64,000 bases of DNA from Octopus bimaculoides (GCF_001194135.2 NC_068981.1:159794098-159858097), one strand, 5' to 3'; shown: positions 25,301 through 36,175, counted from the first letter of the stretch. The notes: generated by a model from the letters alone, not told the origin. A program made the numbers and translations.

Positions 25301-26810
25301 AGCTTTTCAAAATCTGTAACACTTCGACATCTACCAAGCTGTATAAAAAAAAATATAATAAAAATTAAATAATAATAAAAGATGTTTCTATGATATTTTT
25401 TTTTAAATGTCAAAATCTATGTTCTTTTATTTCTATATGTTTGAGATGAGGAATTATGTACATTATTTACAATGGACGGAGAGGTGTCCTCATCTTGTTT
25501 GTTGTTATCACATTTCGGCTGATGTACTCTCCAGCCTTCATCAGGTGTTCTGGTGGAATTTTGAACCCAACCCTTTATTTGACTAATGGGATACACTGTT
25601 CTCATTCCTAAGGTATGTTGCGGATGTTATTTTTCTGTTGATATTATTTTTCAAGTCTCTGCCTGAGATTGAACTTAGAATCTTATCCACTACACTATAT
25701 GCCCATGGGCAATTACAGAGTGACTTTTAGGGCTTATAAACCTAGTATTTTATCTTTTCTTGATACTGGTTCCAATATTACATTTATATCTGCACTAGGT
25801 TTGCTTAGGAGGTTATTGTGTCCTAGTATATGTGCAGCCTCTTTTAATTTCTTACTGTGGGAATAAGTTAAAATAATTGACAGAGAACACCAATGGAAAA
25901 TACAAAAATTAATGCCTATGGGCATATAGTGTAGTGAATAAGAGCATGGAATACTAACTCTCGGGTTCTAAGTTCGATCCCAGGCAGGGACTTGAAAAAT
26001 AACATCAGCAACATACCTTAGGAATGAGAACAATGTACCCCATTAGTCAAATAAAGGGTTGGGTTCAAAATTCCACCAGAACACCTAATGAAGGTTGGAG
26101 AGTACATCAGCCAAAAAATGTGATAACAACAAACAAGATGAGGACACCTATCTGTCCATTGTAAATAATATACGTCCTCTTTACATTCTTCTTATTACAA
26201 TCATTTTAATTTAACAGTAAAAAAAAAAAAAATTATAACATCAACTTTTTAATGAATTCAATCAAGCAAAATGTTTTTAAAGTTAACTTATTAGCAAAAG
26301 GTACCAGAAAAGGAATTTTCATCCTGCAGTTATGGCTACAAGCCAGTCACAGAAACAAGTAAAAGATAAAAATGCAAAAGAAAAAAAACTGTAGGAGCCA
26401 CTTACAGTAAATTTTAAGTTCAGCCATTTATAGGGGAGGATGAATATTGAAAGTTAGCTACATAATTACATTAATTTAATAATTTAAAAAAATAAACGGG
26501 GAAAAGAGAATAACAAGGGATTGTTATGTGTAAAAAAATTATTAAAATAGAGAGAGAAATGTTGCAGTTCATCAATGACAGTTCAACAATACAGAGAATT
26601 GATATCAGTTAGACATGTTCTTGAAGTTAAGAAGTTAGCTTTGCAAAAATGTAGTTCCCACTACATGGGTTGGTTCCATCATGTGGCACCTTGAAAGGAA
26701 AATAATTAGATCAAATAGAATATTACCCTTGCTTTTTCTGGAATTTCTATCAAGTCTCCAGTCAGGAATGAATAAAAAAAATCATTCCTCTCAGGTCTTT
26801 TATCATTCAT
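380..26810 (-). CDS. CDK10: Cyclin-dependent kinase 10, complete gene model (14 coding exons, 1065 nt CDS, 354 aa)
   Basis: Manually joined exons give a continuous frame containing [37 protein letters not shown] and CDK10-type termini (LGRCRSV; PQHRLKR). All introns are GT-AG. Confidence 0.96.
546..633. repeat. (AAT)n microsatellite
   Basis: Near-pure AAT run; source of the poly-Ile pseudo-ORF. Confidence 0.95.
637..872 (+). mobile_element. 3' fragment of an R4/Dong-like non-LTR retrotransposon within (TAA)n
   Basis: Translates [45 protein letters not shown], a restriction-like-endonuclease LINE C-terminus; flanked on both sides by AAT repeats. Confidence 0.7.
1520..2245 (+). mobile_element. 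RTE-clade LINE 3' end (ORF end, repeated 3'UTR, (GAT)n tail)
   Basis: Decayed GRPRKxW...[27 protein letters not shown], internal ~20-bp GTGCCA repeats, GGAAGGGCATCCAG motif, GATGATGAT tail. Confidence 0.7.
2428..2763. mobile_element. Tc1/mariner-pogo-type MITE
   Basis: 23-bp TIRs CAGGTACTGAACCTCTTATCCGG / CCGGATAAGAGGTTTGGTACCTG (21/23 match) flanked by a TA duplication. Confidence 0.85.
3086..3138 (-). CDS. CDK10: CDK10 coding exon 13 ([18 protein letters not shown])
   Basis: 53 nt; TAG/GTATG junctions. Confidence 0.96.
3813..3902 (-). CDS. CDK10: CDK10 coding exon 12 ([30 protein letters not shown])
   Basis: 90 nt; AAG acceptor, GTAAG donor. Confidence 0.95.
4376..4826 (-). mobile_element. 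RTE LINE 3' end
   Basis: (CAT)n then the same tail motif; the minus strand encodes [24 protein letters not shown]. Confidence 0.7.
4860..5660 (-). mobile_element. Internally deleted, decayed Tc1/mariner transposon (maT/DD37D-like)
   Basis: Minus strand reads [22 protein letters not shown]...WQQVSAP...[17 protein letters not shown]...[14 protein letters not shown], with stops and a 1-bp insertion. Spacing is 37 residues after correction. A terminal repeat ends at G5660, followed by TA. Confidence 0.8.
5680..5888 (-). mobile_element. tRNA-derived octopus-type SINE, 5' half
   Basis: Reverse complement of the GCAGGTGTGGCTGTGTGGTAAG...GGTTCAGTCCCACTG head and core. Confidence 0.85.
6389..6438 (-). 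CDS. CDK10: CDK10 coding exon 11 ([16 protein letters not shown])
   Basis: 50 nt; CAG/GTGAG junctions; bridges the frame between exons 10 and 12. Confidence 0.93.
7406..7920 (-). mobile_element. RTE 3'UTR/tail repeat (young copy)
   Basis: (CAT)nCGTTTAATGTCCGCTTTCCATGCTAGCATGG... with internal GTGCCACC repeats. Confidence 0.85.
8326..8449 (-). CDS. CDK10: CDK10 coding exon 10 ([42 protein letters not shown])
   Basis: 124 nt; CAG/GTAAG junctions. Confidence 0.97.
8736..9160 (+). mobile_element. tRNA-derived SINE, full length
   Basis: A/B-box-like head, conserved core, (TG)n and AAAAGAG tail. Confidence 0.85.
9292..9732. mobile_element. Fold-back element, probably a PLE pseudo-LTR with an inverted partial copy
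   Basis: 77-bp inverted repeats (9292-9368 / 9656-9732, 2 mismatches) enclosing a hammerhead motif. Confidence 0.7.
9427..9486 (+). ncRNA. Minimal type I hammerhead ribozyme, intact core
   Basis: TCCAGA-CTGACGA-T-GAG-caatga-CTC-T-GAAA-CTAG-TC-TCTGGA: 6-bp stem I, complete core, stem II, palindromic ACTAGT stem III, GUC cleavage triplet. Confidence 0.8.
9792..9851 (-). CDS. CDK10: CDK10 coding exon 9 ([20 protein letters not shown])
   Basis: APE motif; 60 nt; CAG/GTAGG junctions. Confidence 0.97.
14043..14443 (+). mobile_element. tRNA-derived SINE, full length, young
   Basis: GCAGGAGTGGCTGTGTGGTAAG...GGTTCAGTCCCACTGCG head, intact CpGs, AAAGAGT tail. Confidence 0.9.
15060..15600. mobile_element. 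Two RTE-tail repeats in tail-to-tail inverted arrangement (15060-15255 +, 15288-15600 -)
   Basis: GGAAGGGCATCC motif on + followed by its reverse complement on the other side of a (GAT)/(CAT) junction. Confidence 0.7.
15602..16660 (-). mobile_element. Decayed mariner transposon (DD34D type), 5'-truncated
   Basis: Fragments [60 protein letters not shown] in shifted frames; TIR-like TATTGGGGCATCCCATAAATAATGCG at 15602. Confidence 0.9.
16847..16916 (-). CDS. CDK10: CDK10 coding exon 8 ([23 protein letters not shown])
   Basis: DFG motif and T-loop; 70 nt; TAG/GTAAG junctions. Confidence 0.97.
17276..17695 (-). mobile_element. RTE 3'UTR/tail repeat (young copy)
   Basis: Same family as 7406-7920. 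Confidence 0.85.
17712..18080 (-). mobile_element. tRNA-derived SINE
   Basis: Reverse complement of the 14043 family. Confidence 0.8.
18482..18800 (+). mobile_element. tRNA-derived SINE (diverged)
   Basis: Same family as 14043. Confidence 0.75.
18904..18956 (-). CDS. CDK10: CDK10 coding exon 7 ([18 protein letters not shown])
   Basis: Catalytic loop; 53 nt; CAG/GTAAG junctions. Confidence 0.97.
19183..19504. repeat. Two diverged tandem units of about 168 bp
   Basis: TCTTAGCgACTaTTGTTCtCAGG at 19183 recurs at 19351; shared GAGTAGTAGCAC and CTTGTGAGTGCC blocks. Confidence 0.7.
19835..19902 (-). CDS. CDK10: CDK10 coding exon 6 ([22 protein letters not shown])
   Basis: 68 nt; CAG/GTATG junctions; frame continuous. 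Confidence 0.96.
20837..20918 (-). CDS. CDK10: CDK10 coding exon 5 ([28 protein letters not shown])
   Basis: Hinge region; 82 nt; CAG/GTATG junctions. Confidence 0.97.
22090..22415 (+). mobile_element. RTE tail repeats (an old copy plus a young 3' stub at 22353-22415)
   Basis: AATCGTCCAACCCATGCTAGCATGGAAAGCGGACGTTAAACG(ATG)n inserted after (TA)n. Confidence 0.8.
22557..22659 (-). CDS. CDK10: CDK10 coding exon 4 ([34 protein letters not shown])
   Basis: PISGLRE cyclin-binding helix; 103 nt; phase consistent with neighbours. Confidence 0.97.
24480..24551 (-). CDS. CDK10: CDK10 coding exon 3 ([24 protein letters not shown])
   Basis: VALKK catalytic lysine; 72 nt; CAG/GTAGG junctions. Confidence 0.97.
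24724..24980 (-). mobile_element. RTE 3'UTR/tail repeat
   Basis: Same family as 7406-7920. Confidence 0.85.
25266..25338 (-). CDS. CDK10: CDK10 coding exon 2 ([24 protein letters not shown])
   Basis: Glycine-rich loop; 73 nt; AG acceptor and GTAAG donor. Confidence 0.97.
25425..26172 (-). mobile_element. 5'-truncated Penelope/Poseidon-like element: ORF C-terminus plus pseudo-LTR, with an inverted pLTR copy
   Basis: Minus-strand [23 protein letters not shown] (same family as 39965-40068); about 260-bp inverted repeats at 25459-25715 and 25905-26172. Confidence 0.85.
25505..25550 (-). ncRNA. Degenerate PLE hammerhead motif
   Basis: AACAC-CTGATGA-A-GGCTG-gagagtacat-CAGCC-GAAA-TGTGAT; stem III and cleavage triplet eroded. 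Confidence 0.55.
26727..26810 (-). CDS. CDK10: CDK10 coding exon 1 ([28 protein letters not shown])
   Basis: ATG at 26810 with an in-frame TGA just upstream. Phase-0 GT donor at 26726. An AG acceptor at 26844-26845 implies a further non-coding exon upstream. Confidence 0.85.
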
Positions 26811-27544
26811 TTTTATTCACTGATTGCAGCTAGATTATGGCACCTGAGAGAAATAAATAGATTAGAGCTATATTTCAGAGACAGTCAAGTCCTCTAAAAA
26901 TTTTACTTTTACATCATTTGACATTACATAGAATGCATTCAAAATTTACAAAGTGGAGTTAATTTACAAAGAAGCCTGATGATTCAGGGAGGCCCTTCAT
27001 CGTGGGCTGCTGTAATTACTGTTTATTGATACAGACTATCTCTAGTTCTCTTGGATTTTAATATCTTACTTTCACATTTCAAATTTAATCAGAGAGTCAC
27101 TAATGTAAAAACAGTCACAAAGATAAGAGAACTTTTTTCATTTATAGAATAATTTCATTTTTGAATGCTAATTTAGTACAGAGAAATTAGTTTTTAAAGA
27201 ATTCTTGTGTAAGGAGGCAAAATGTATAATTTCAATCCAAAATTTGATTCATTTTGTTTCAAAGAGAAACTGGTTTCATTTATTCATATTATTTATTGCA
27301 TAACTTCCAGGAATTTTTCAGTCCCACAGTTGACTAAGTATATCAATATAATGACAATAAACTGATGTAAGAGAATTATGAGGAAGAAAACTCAAATCTT
27401 GTGGAACACAGAATTTCATAGTTTTGATCATATTCTAAATCCAAAGGAGAGGACTAATGTAACTTGGAAATTAATCAACTTTAGATGTAACAGAACTGAC
27501 AGATGTGCTATTCATTCAAATCAAATTAGTTACTGATATCACGG

Positions 27545-27815
27545 TATTGACCAGACTATCGAATGTTGCTAATATCGCCCGTCGCAATGCGTTTTGCATT
27601 GTTTCAGCTTTCGAATAACGCCACCCCGCTGGCTAGGCGAACAGGCCAACACTCACCCTAACCGGAAAGCTATTCCGTCACAGGGTTACTCATTTACAGC
27701 CGAGTGAACTGAAGCAACGTGAAATTAAGCGTTTTGCTCAAGAACACAAAGCACCGCCCAGTCCGGGAATCGAACCCATGATGATCTAGCGATCATGAGT
27801 GCAATACCCTAATCA
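27545..27815 (-). mobile_element. Second tRNA-derived SINE family (related copies at 11320-11460 +, 29085-29420 +, 41265-41525 -)
   Basis: GGTTCGATTCCCGGAC B-box, TGTGTTCTTGAGCAAAAC core, AAAACAATGCAAA...GATAGTCTGGT tail. Confidence 0.75.
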
Positions 27816-28390
27816 GTTACTGATATAATACCTCATAATAAGAAAATAACAATCGTTAATATGTTGTCAACATAGCTGAAGATATCAGGGTAGTAAAAAT
27901 GTGAAGCAGACGATAGGGAGAGTAACTAGATAAGTGTTTCTTAAACGGTGTGCAGCATGGGTATCTAGTTGCACATTTTTAACAAATATAAAGGCATTAG
28001 AAAACCCATACTAATGGTTGAACATCTTGAAAAAAGAAGCGATTCACAAGTATGATTGGCAATCTTTGCAGAAATATGTACCTATAACCAAAGATCACCG
28101 TTTGACTAATAAAACAAGGAAGACAATAACTTTGCCTTTACTTCTTCGAGGTCGGAAAAAAAAAATCAAGTGAATTCTAGAGCTGAATTTTCCCGAGTAA
28201 CTTTATTGCAATGAGAATACAATGATTATTGATGACAACACATAAAGACAACAGTTTTGTGGGTAGAAAGCGAGAAACAATTCCGACAGGAAATTAAAAT
28301 CTGGATGAGGGGATCTATCAGTGACAATTTTATGATGTAAATATTAGGAAATGAGCTTCGAATGTATGTATATTTTGTCCATAACCTTAC

Positions 28391-28740
28391 AGATAATTCA
28401 TAGATATGCTTAAACCAACTGAATTATCACAGTGCACTATGTTAAGAACGCCACAAATACACAAACCTTCGGAAGAAAACGAAGTTTCTTTCCAGTTACA
28501 CATTTTCACTTCTTATATTGTGCAGAAGTCATTTGGAATTATCCCCCTTCGCAAGTGATAGCTTTAAAAATCCCCTGTGAATATATTTACCTGCTTTTTT
28601 CCTGTATGACTGGCCAAAGGCAACTAATAAATTTTTAGAGTTTAAATTTGCTCCCAACCTATATAGAATTTTTTTTTTTAATGCTGCTGTCAGCTCCTTA
28701 TATGGTTCGCTCGAATATATCCATTACTGGTGGCTCAGGA
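28391..28740 (-). promoter_or_regulatory. Likely CDK10 promoter / non-coding first exon region
   Basis: Coding exon 1 has an acceptor, so an upstream exon is required. Donor-like sites occur at 28590 (CAG/GTAAAT) and 28390 (TCT/GTAAGG), and CpG density is locally higher. Confidence 0.35.
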
Positions 28741-30594
28741 AGTTTAAGCATTTGAAAATAAATTATTGAAAATTATACCAAATTTACAAATTATTTCTGA
28801 ACAAGTAAAGAGTAACTAAATTTCTGAGTGAATAATTAGTAAATGGTTTTGCTCAAAATGTTATGTAAGAAAAGGTAACAAACTAGTATAGGTTTAGTAT
28901 ATGAAATTAGAATAAGGTTAGAATAAGTTTTAGTAACAATTATTTATATAATGTAAATATAAGACTCCAGCATATTCCATAAGGTGAATAATTTTAATTT
29001 ATAAGAGTGGTAGAAGCTATTATGTTATTATTTAGCTCAAGTCAACCATGACTGAGCAAACTATAACATCCTATCCTTCTCCCAAATGGCTGTGGTTAGG
29101 GTATTGAGCTCACAATCATGAGGTAGCAAGTTTGATTCCCAGACCGGGCTATGTGCTGTGTTCTTGAGCAAGACACTTTATTTTACATTGCTCCAGTTCA
29201 CTCTGCTGTAGAAATGAGTTGCGATTTCATCGGTGCCAAGCTGTATTGGTGTTTGCCTTTCTCTTGGATAACATTGGTGGCATGGATCAGGGAGGCTGGT
29301 ATGCATGGACCACTGCTGGCCTTCCTTAAACAACCTTACCTGGACTTGTGTCTTGGAGGATAACTTTCTAGGTACAGTGCCATGGTCATTCATGACCAGA
29401 GGAAATTTTTACCCTTTACCCTAAAAGATCAATGCTTTGAGATGCAGTTTTTCTATGAATTGTTTGTAGCAAATCATGATTTATGACATTGTCATGAGAC
29501 TCAGCATCTATATCTTCTCTGGGACAGAATATAAAAAGTTGTAAAGAACAAAATCTGAACAGTTTCATGTAAAGGATAATCAGATTATGGACAATAAAGA
29601 GACAACAGTACCAATAATGAGTTACTATTCACATAGGCTGACAACACTTCTGTACCCAACAAAAACAATGATGTTGAAGTTCATCATTTTAACATCCACT
29701 TTCCCATGTTTGCATCAGTCAGATTTCTATGACTGGATGCCCTTCCTGTTGCCAACACTTGCCTATTTCTAAACAAGATAATAGTTCCTCACTGCTAGAC
29801 ATGTTTTCACAGAATATTGGAAATGAATGGTACTGCTTGTATGACAGTGACATTCATTTACAACTATAATACAATGTCAAGGAAAGGGGATACAAACATA
29901 CATATACATAAATACACACACACACACACATAATACAAGTTCCATTCAATTTCTTTCCACCAAATCCACTCACATGGCTTTGGTCAGCCTGGGGCTCAGG
30001 TTTATACTAGAAGACTCTTATGCAAGGTGCCATGCAGTAGGACTGAACCCAAAACCATATAGTTGAGAAGCAAACTTGTTAACCACACAGCCATGCCTGC
30101 ACTTATACTATGTAATCAAGTTTACATATAATCAAATTTTCATGTATTGTATGAGAAATGTTTATAACAATTTTTTTTCTTCTTAATATCCTGATAACAT
30201 AAAGACCAAAAGTTGCCGTTTGACCCAAAGTCACTTCTGATTGGGTAGGGTACAATTATGATCAAAGCATTGCAGCTGTGACCATCGCATCCTTTTTCTT
30301 TATGCAATACATTATCCACTGTGCTCTTCCTTTTGTTAAAGATGGTAGAGTGTAATCTGAGTAAGATTTAGCTGCTCTTTGTGGCAGATTGAGTAAGCAC
30401 ATAGAAGCTTTTCTTCTTGATTCATTAAAGATGCATAGTCTGTGGTGTTGTTATGTCTAAGATAAGGACAATTCTGATTATAAAAATATTGATGATATTT
30501 AGTTATGAAAATAAAATAGAGATAATAAGGGAAAGTAAAAAGAGATAAAAAATATTTGTTAAAGCTAAAGCAATGATAATATATTCGCTTCAAA

Positions 30595-30800
30595 TTTTGA
30601 CACAAGGCCAGCAATTTTGGGGTGGGGGCAAGCCAGTTACATTGATCCTAGTGCTCAATAGATACTTATTTTATTGAGCCTGAAAGGATGAACAGCAAAG
30701 TGAAAAATTGGTGGAATTTGAACTTGGAAAGTAAAAACGAACAAAATACCACTAAGCATTTTGTCTGCCATGGTAACGATTCTGCTAGTTTGCTGTCTTA
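30595..30800 (+). mobile_element. Interspersed repeat of the TTTTGGCACAAGGCCAGCAA...GGAATTTGAAC family (also 8530-8635, 60715-61060)
   Basis: Multiple homologous copies in this window. Confidence 0.7.
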
Positions 30801-31579
30801 AAAAAGCAATGATGATATATCAGGAACTGAATATATGAGTTAATCAGTATGGGGTATAATAAGAGGCTAGGGCTTAAAGATGAAATGCAAGAAATTTAGA
30901 ACAAATATTTGGGACCAACCTACATCTTGTATTTATCAGAATCATACTACTAATCTATTGGTGACTCTCCGACAGGTTTACAGTCGAGCCTGTGGCAGTG
31001 GAGACCTCCAGTATTCTTGGCTCCAGGACTATATCCCAGCTCACAGCTATTGGGGTGGAAACAGCTGTCTGCAAATGCAAGGCCCATGAGTCAGAGTGGC
31101 TGTTCCAGCACAACTCCCTTGCCATCCTCCAAGGCAATGCCTTTTACATTTTGTTAGCTGGGACCATGAGAAATGTTTCTTAATAAAGATATGTAAAAAA
31201 TTGCAAGATAAAAAAAGCTTCCTTTCTCTACAAAACCTAAACTACACCACAAAATAAAGAACCCAGTTCAATGTTTCCTCTTGACATAAGTTTTTTTTTC
31301 ATTTTGCTAATAGCTTTTCTTCTCAGTAACAGCTTTGATCCATTAAAACAAATCCAGGTTGAATTCTATCACATACCACTATCCTTCACAATGTTCATTA
31401 TGCTTTTTGTTCAGTTATCTCTAGTTCTTGGTCCATAAGCTGTATTTACTAGTAATTAACTTTCTCTAATATGTCAGTTTTACAGTTGTATCTTTAACAG
31501 GAAACAATAAGAAATCACCTACCCACACAATCTAATTAGTTCAAACAAGTAATACATGTCACCAGTCTATGCACCAATC

Positions 31580-31945
31580 TGTTACTTGTTTCAGACATTA
31601 GACTGCAGCCACGCTGGTGCACTGACTCAAAGAATTTTTGGTCCAATGAATTGAACCAAGTACATTTTTTAAAAACCTGTAACTTATTCTATCAACCTCT
31701 TTCACCGAACTGCTAAGTTATGGGGACAAACACAGACACAAAGATATACATACACATGTATATATGTATTTATATATATGTGATGGGCTTCTATCAGTTT
31801 CCAGCTACCAAATCCACTCACACTGCTTTGGTCGGCCCAAGGCTATAGCGGAAGACACTTGCCCAAGGTGCTACGCAGTGGGCCTGAACCCAGAACCAAA
31901 TGGTTGGGAAGCAAGCTTCTTACCACACAGCCATGCCTGCACCTG
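31580..31945 (-). mobile_element. tRNA-derived SINE
   Basis: Reverse complement of the 14043 family. Confidence 0.85.
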
Positions 31946-32814
31946 TACAATACTGTTAAAAGTTGAATCTTTTCTAGATAGCTTAAGTCCGCCACCTTTC
32001 TGTTTCACACACATGAATAATACAAATGTAAAATATCCAAGTATTGCCTATCAACTCAGTTTGTGAGATTATCTGAAATATTCTCTAACAAACCAAGTTT
32101 CAGATTTTATAAAACTTTAGAATAATATTTTGTAACTTTTAGCTTCTTCATGCCCAATTCCCAGTTGTGGTTGTTAAATTGTTTTTCACTCGAATGTCAT
32201 AGTTAAAATCCATAAAATTCACTGTTCTTTTAAAAATCTTATTATCAATCCAAAAGAGACATATACACTAATATAGTTTCGTAGATATAATGGATGTATA
32301 AGCAAATTCACATACACTGATGACGTGATATTGCTAAATTAATGCAAGACTGAAGGAATCGATCAAATTTAAACAAATCACATGATCATGAACATTATCT
32401 AACATTCATTTTCCATGCTGCCACAAAAAAAAAAAAAAAAATACCAAGAGAAAAAATTGAGCAAGGTTCTATAATTGTGGTGTGGCTTAGATATGGTTGA
32501 ATGGGTGATGTGTGTTGTTTAAAACACTGACAATATCAGGATTGGTAGAATATTTTTGATAAATCCAAGATGTAGGTAGGTCCCAATATACAAGCAAATC
32601 ACAAAAACTGTAAAGCAGAAAAAAAGAAAAACAAAAACTAAAATGTAGAAATATTATTTTATTTGTTTAGTTCAAGAGCTGCACCATGCTGAGACACTGC
32701 TGTCGTTGAGGAAATAATTTTATTAGATACTTTAAAATGTAAGTAAGCTAAGGTTTCTTTCCAATGATTATTTCTCAACCAGCCAATGAGGAAATCACAC
32801 TTAAAAGCATTGGT

Positions 32815-32901
32815 TTAAACAGTCAAAACTACACTTCCTTCCATGGTAGAAGAATAAGATTTCAAAGCAGGCTCCACCTCTTTTGTAATAAATTTCATAA
32901 C
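32815..32901 (-). CDS. ADSL: ADSL exon 13, terminal ([28 protein letters not shown])
   Basis: CAG acceptor after a polypyrimidine tract; TAA at 32817-32815; AATAAA on the minus strand at 32658-32663. Confidence 0.92.
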   Translation of the reverse strand, partial: VMKFITKEVEPALKSYSSTMEGSVVLTV

Positions 32902-35900
32902 CTGGAAAGTAAAGGAAAAAAAAAATAACAGAAGACAATTCTAAATATTTAATACATTTTGAATGAGAACAAAAAAAAAACAACAACATTTTAATGAATA
33001 ATTACATGAGGAACTAATAATAAATTCTTGTATTGAAACAATGCTTCAGTTTTATATATAAGAAAATCTCATGTCGGAGTCCAGGCAAATCTACTGATAA
33101 CAACTGGGCCTACAAGGAGTTTTCTATATGGTTATTTTACTATTAGGAACAGCAGCCACTCTCAAACCATACTCCATTGTCTTAAAATGTGAAAGACATA
33201 TTAGATAATGTAGTAGTAGATATCCTCCAATGGGATGGTCATTGTTGGAATGCCTTTGATCATAAGTTTGTTTGATTAGGGCTGAAATGGGGCCAAACAA
33301 CAACAGCTGATGAACTTAAGTAAATTATGGTCACTTTAAACAGTTGAATTGTTATAAAAGTAAACAGATAAATTTGGAATTTTTTTAGTTTCACAGTTAA
33401 GTTTAAATCCATTTTACAATCTAAGTAGATGTTAAACTTTTACCTTTGTTGTAAAAGGGAAAGTCATAGATGAAAGCATCAAGCTAAGTAGAGACTGTGT
33501 TACCTACTTAGTCCAAGAACATGTTATCTCCAAAAAGTGGTAGAGTAAAAGAATGGCATGCATCTGTCATTTGTGATAAAGCAACAAATGACGACCCTAA
33601 CCAAGTCTGATTTAATCTACTTTGAACAGTCTTTATACTTTTGGGTTTTCCAGGCTCAGAGAAAAGGCAAGATTAATTATGTTTGACAGAGAGAGATGAC
33701 TGAGAAAACTTAGTAAGAATTGCGAAGATCAGATCTCTGGAATGAGATAACAAAGATTCATAACAAGTGGTAATCAGATCAATCAAGCTCATGTCCAAAT
33801 AAGAAGAAAAGGACATAAAATTATGATGATGAAAAACATTGATATTGAAAATTATTTTCAGTTTACCTGGCTTGGTGCTCTTCCAATGAAATTTGTTGGT
33901 TTGAAAAGATCATCCAGTTGATCTTTGATTGGCTCAAAATATTTACACTTATGAATTCTTTCCACAAGGTCATTGTCCTTGCCTTCATGTTTTACATGTT
34001 GTCCTGCTTCATGTGACAACACTCGAATTTGTTCATGACAAACCTACAAACAGAGAAGAGAAAAAATAGAAGAAAAAAAAGCATTAAATTATTCAATGTT
34101 AACTCAAATCATAAAGTATAAGAAACAGGTTAAAAGGAGAAACAAAACAAAACAAAATAATGTTATTCATCATGATCATCATCATTGAATGTTTACTTTG
34201 CCCTGCTTGCTTGGGTTGGACAGAATATATTGAGGCAGATTTTTTAAGGCCATATGCTCTTCCTGTTATCATCCCCCACTTGTTTGCATCAAAAAGAAAA
34301 GGTCAAAATACTTTCAGTTTCCTTACCTGACGGTTTCCACCAGCTTTTACCATAGCCATGATTATATTTTCAGTAGCCATGAAAGGGAGTTCTTGCTCAA
34401 TTCTTCTGTGAATAATCTACAAAATTGAAAAATAACAATATTTTAATCTAACAAAATTAGAAAGGAGTAAAAAATCATAATGTCAATAATATAAACAAAA
34501 ACTCTGTACATAATTGTGAGCAAGTCGTTACATACAATGCTTTTGACTTGTTAATTTTAATATCAGGATATCATTAACCCAACCCCAAGAAAAAAAAAAA
34601 AAAACTAGCCCACTTTTTACATATCTTAGTTATCAATCTGAGTGCAATATTGCATCATCATCATCATCATCATTGTTTAACATCCGCTTTCCATGCTAGC
34701 ATGGGTTGGACGATTTGACTGAGGACTGGTGAACCGGATGGCTGCACCAGGCTCCAATCTGATATGGCACAGTTTCTACAGCTGGATGCCCTTCCTAATG
34801 CCAACCACTCCAAGAGTGTAGTGGGTGCTTTTATGTGCCACCAGCACGAGGGCCAGTCACACGGTACTGGCAATGGCCATGCTCAAAATGGTGTTTTTTA
34901 CGTGCCACCTGCACAGGAGCCAGTCCAGCAGCACTGGCAACGACCTCGCTCGAATGATTTTCATCACCAAAAATCTGACAAATATATTTTGAGTCAAGAT
35001 TATGGATAAAATGTTCAGATTTCTAACTTCGAGTTAAGCAACTGATCATGTTCCTTTGAACTTGTCATCTGCAAGAATAGATATATGTATATGTATATCC
35101 TTTTATAAGGTCTGTGGATGAGTGAAACTGATCAGAATGTAAGTTTAATAGGTTCTTTTACATTTAAAGGAAATATTACACTAGTATTTTATCTTTTACA
35201 TTTTCTAAAAAGATTACAATTCTTCTAATGTTATTGTGCATTTTTTCCTCCAATTTTTTAATATATATATATATATAGAGATGTAAAACACTGAATTATA
35301 AACATGATAATAACATCAAGTATGATAAATATAATGAGAATATGCACATACCTTTGGATAGACAACTAATCCCTCAAAGACATTCTGCATGGTACTTAGT
35401 AAAATATCAGCTGTTAAGAAGGATTCTGGGAGACTCAATCGTCTGAAGGAAAAGAAAACAAACTGAATTACTTCAACAATAATTGTTTTAACAACATGAT
35501 AGTCACCATCATCATCATTATCGTGCACAACCTGATTAACTATATGGGCAACTTGGCTGTATCCTACACTGCCGGACATTTTAAGCATCTCAGCAGTAAC
35601 TCCTGATGGACCAAAACTTTTCCTACCTCTACGTACTTAACAGTTTTCTCTGTCCTACTACTATCACCTACAACAGATGGTCCTTTTGTTTGAACTATGG
35701 TGGGAAAAACATTCTTCACATTTAGTAGCCTTTCTTAACAGCACTTCCATGCCTCTTTCTTTTCAGCATCACTAAGTGCAAGTGTCCTATTATCCATCTG
35801 TACACACTTGTCACCCACAGAATCTTAATTTTGTCTAGATACACTGTCTTGCAATCCAGATCACCCCATACCTCTGATCCTCATACTCTAGGACATTGGC

Positions 35901-36135
35901 AAACTTTTTGCTTTCTGCTTTTCTCTCTACTATGTTAACTATGTATTAGGTGCTTTTACGTGGCACTGCATGGGCACTGCACAGGCATTTTCATGTAGCA
36001 CAAGTGCTTTTATGTGGCACCGCACAGGCGCTTTCATGTAGCACCACCATGAGTGCTTTACACTATCAGAAGGATCAGTCTTAGCACTTCTGCTCCAGGC
36101 TATGTGTCTTCCTGAGTACAGCCAAGCACCAGGTA

Positions 36136-36175
<40 letters not shown>

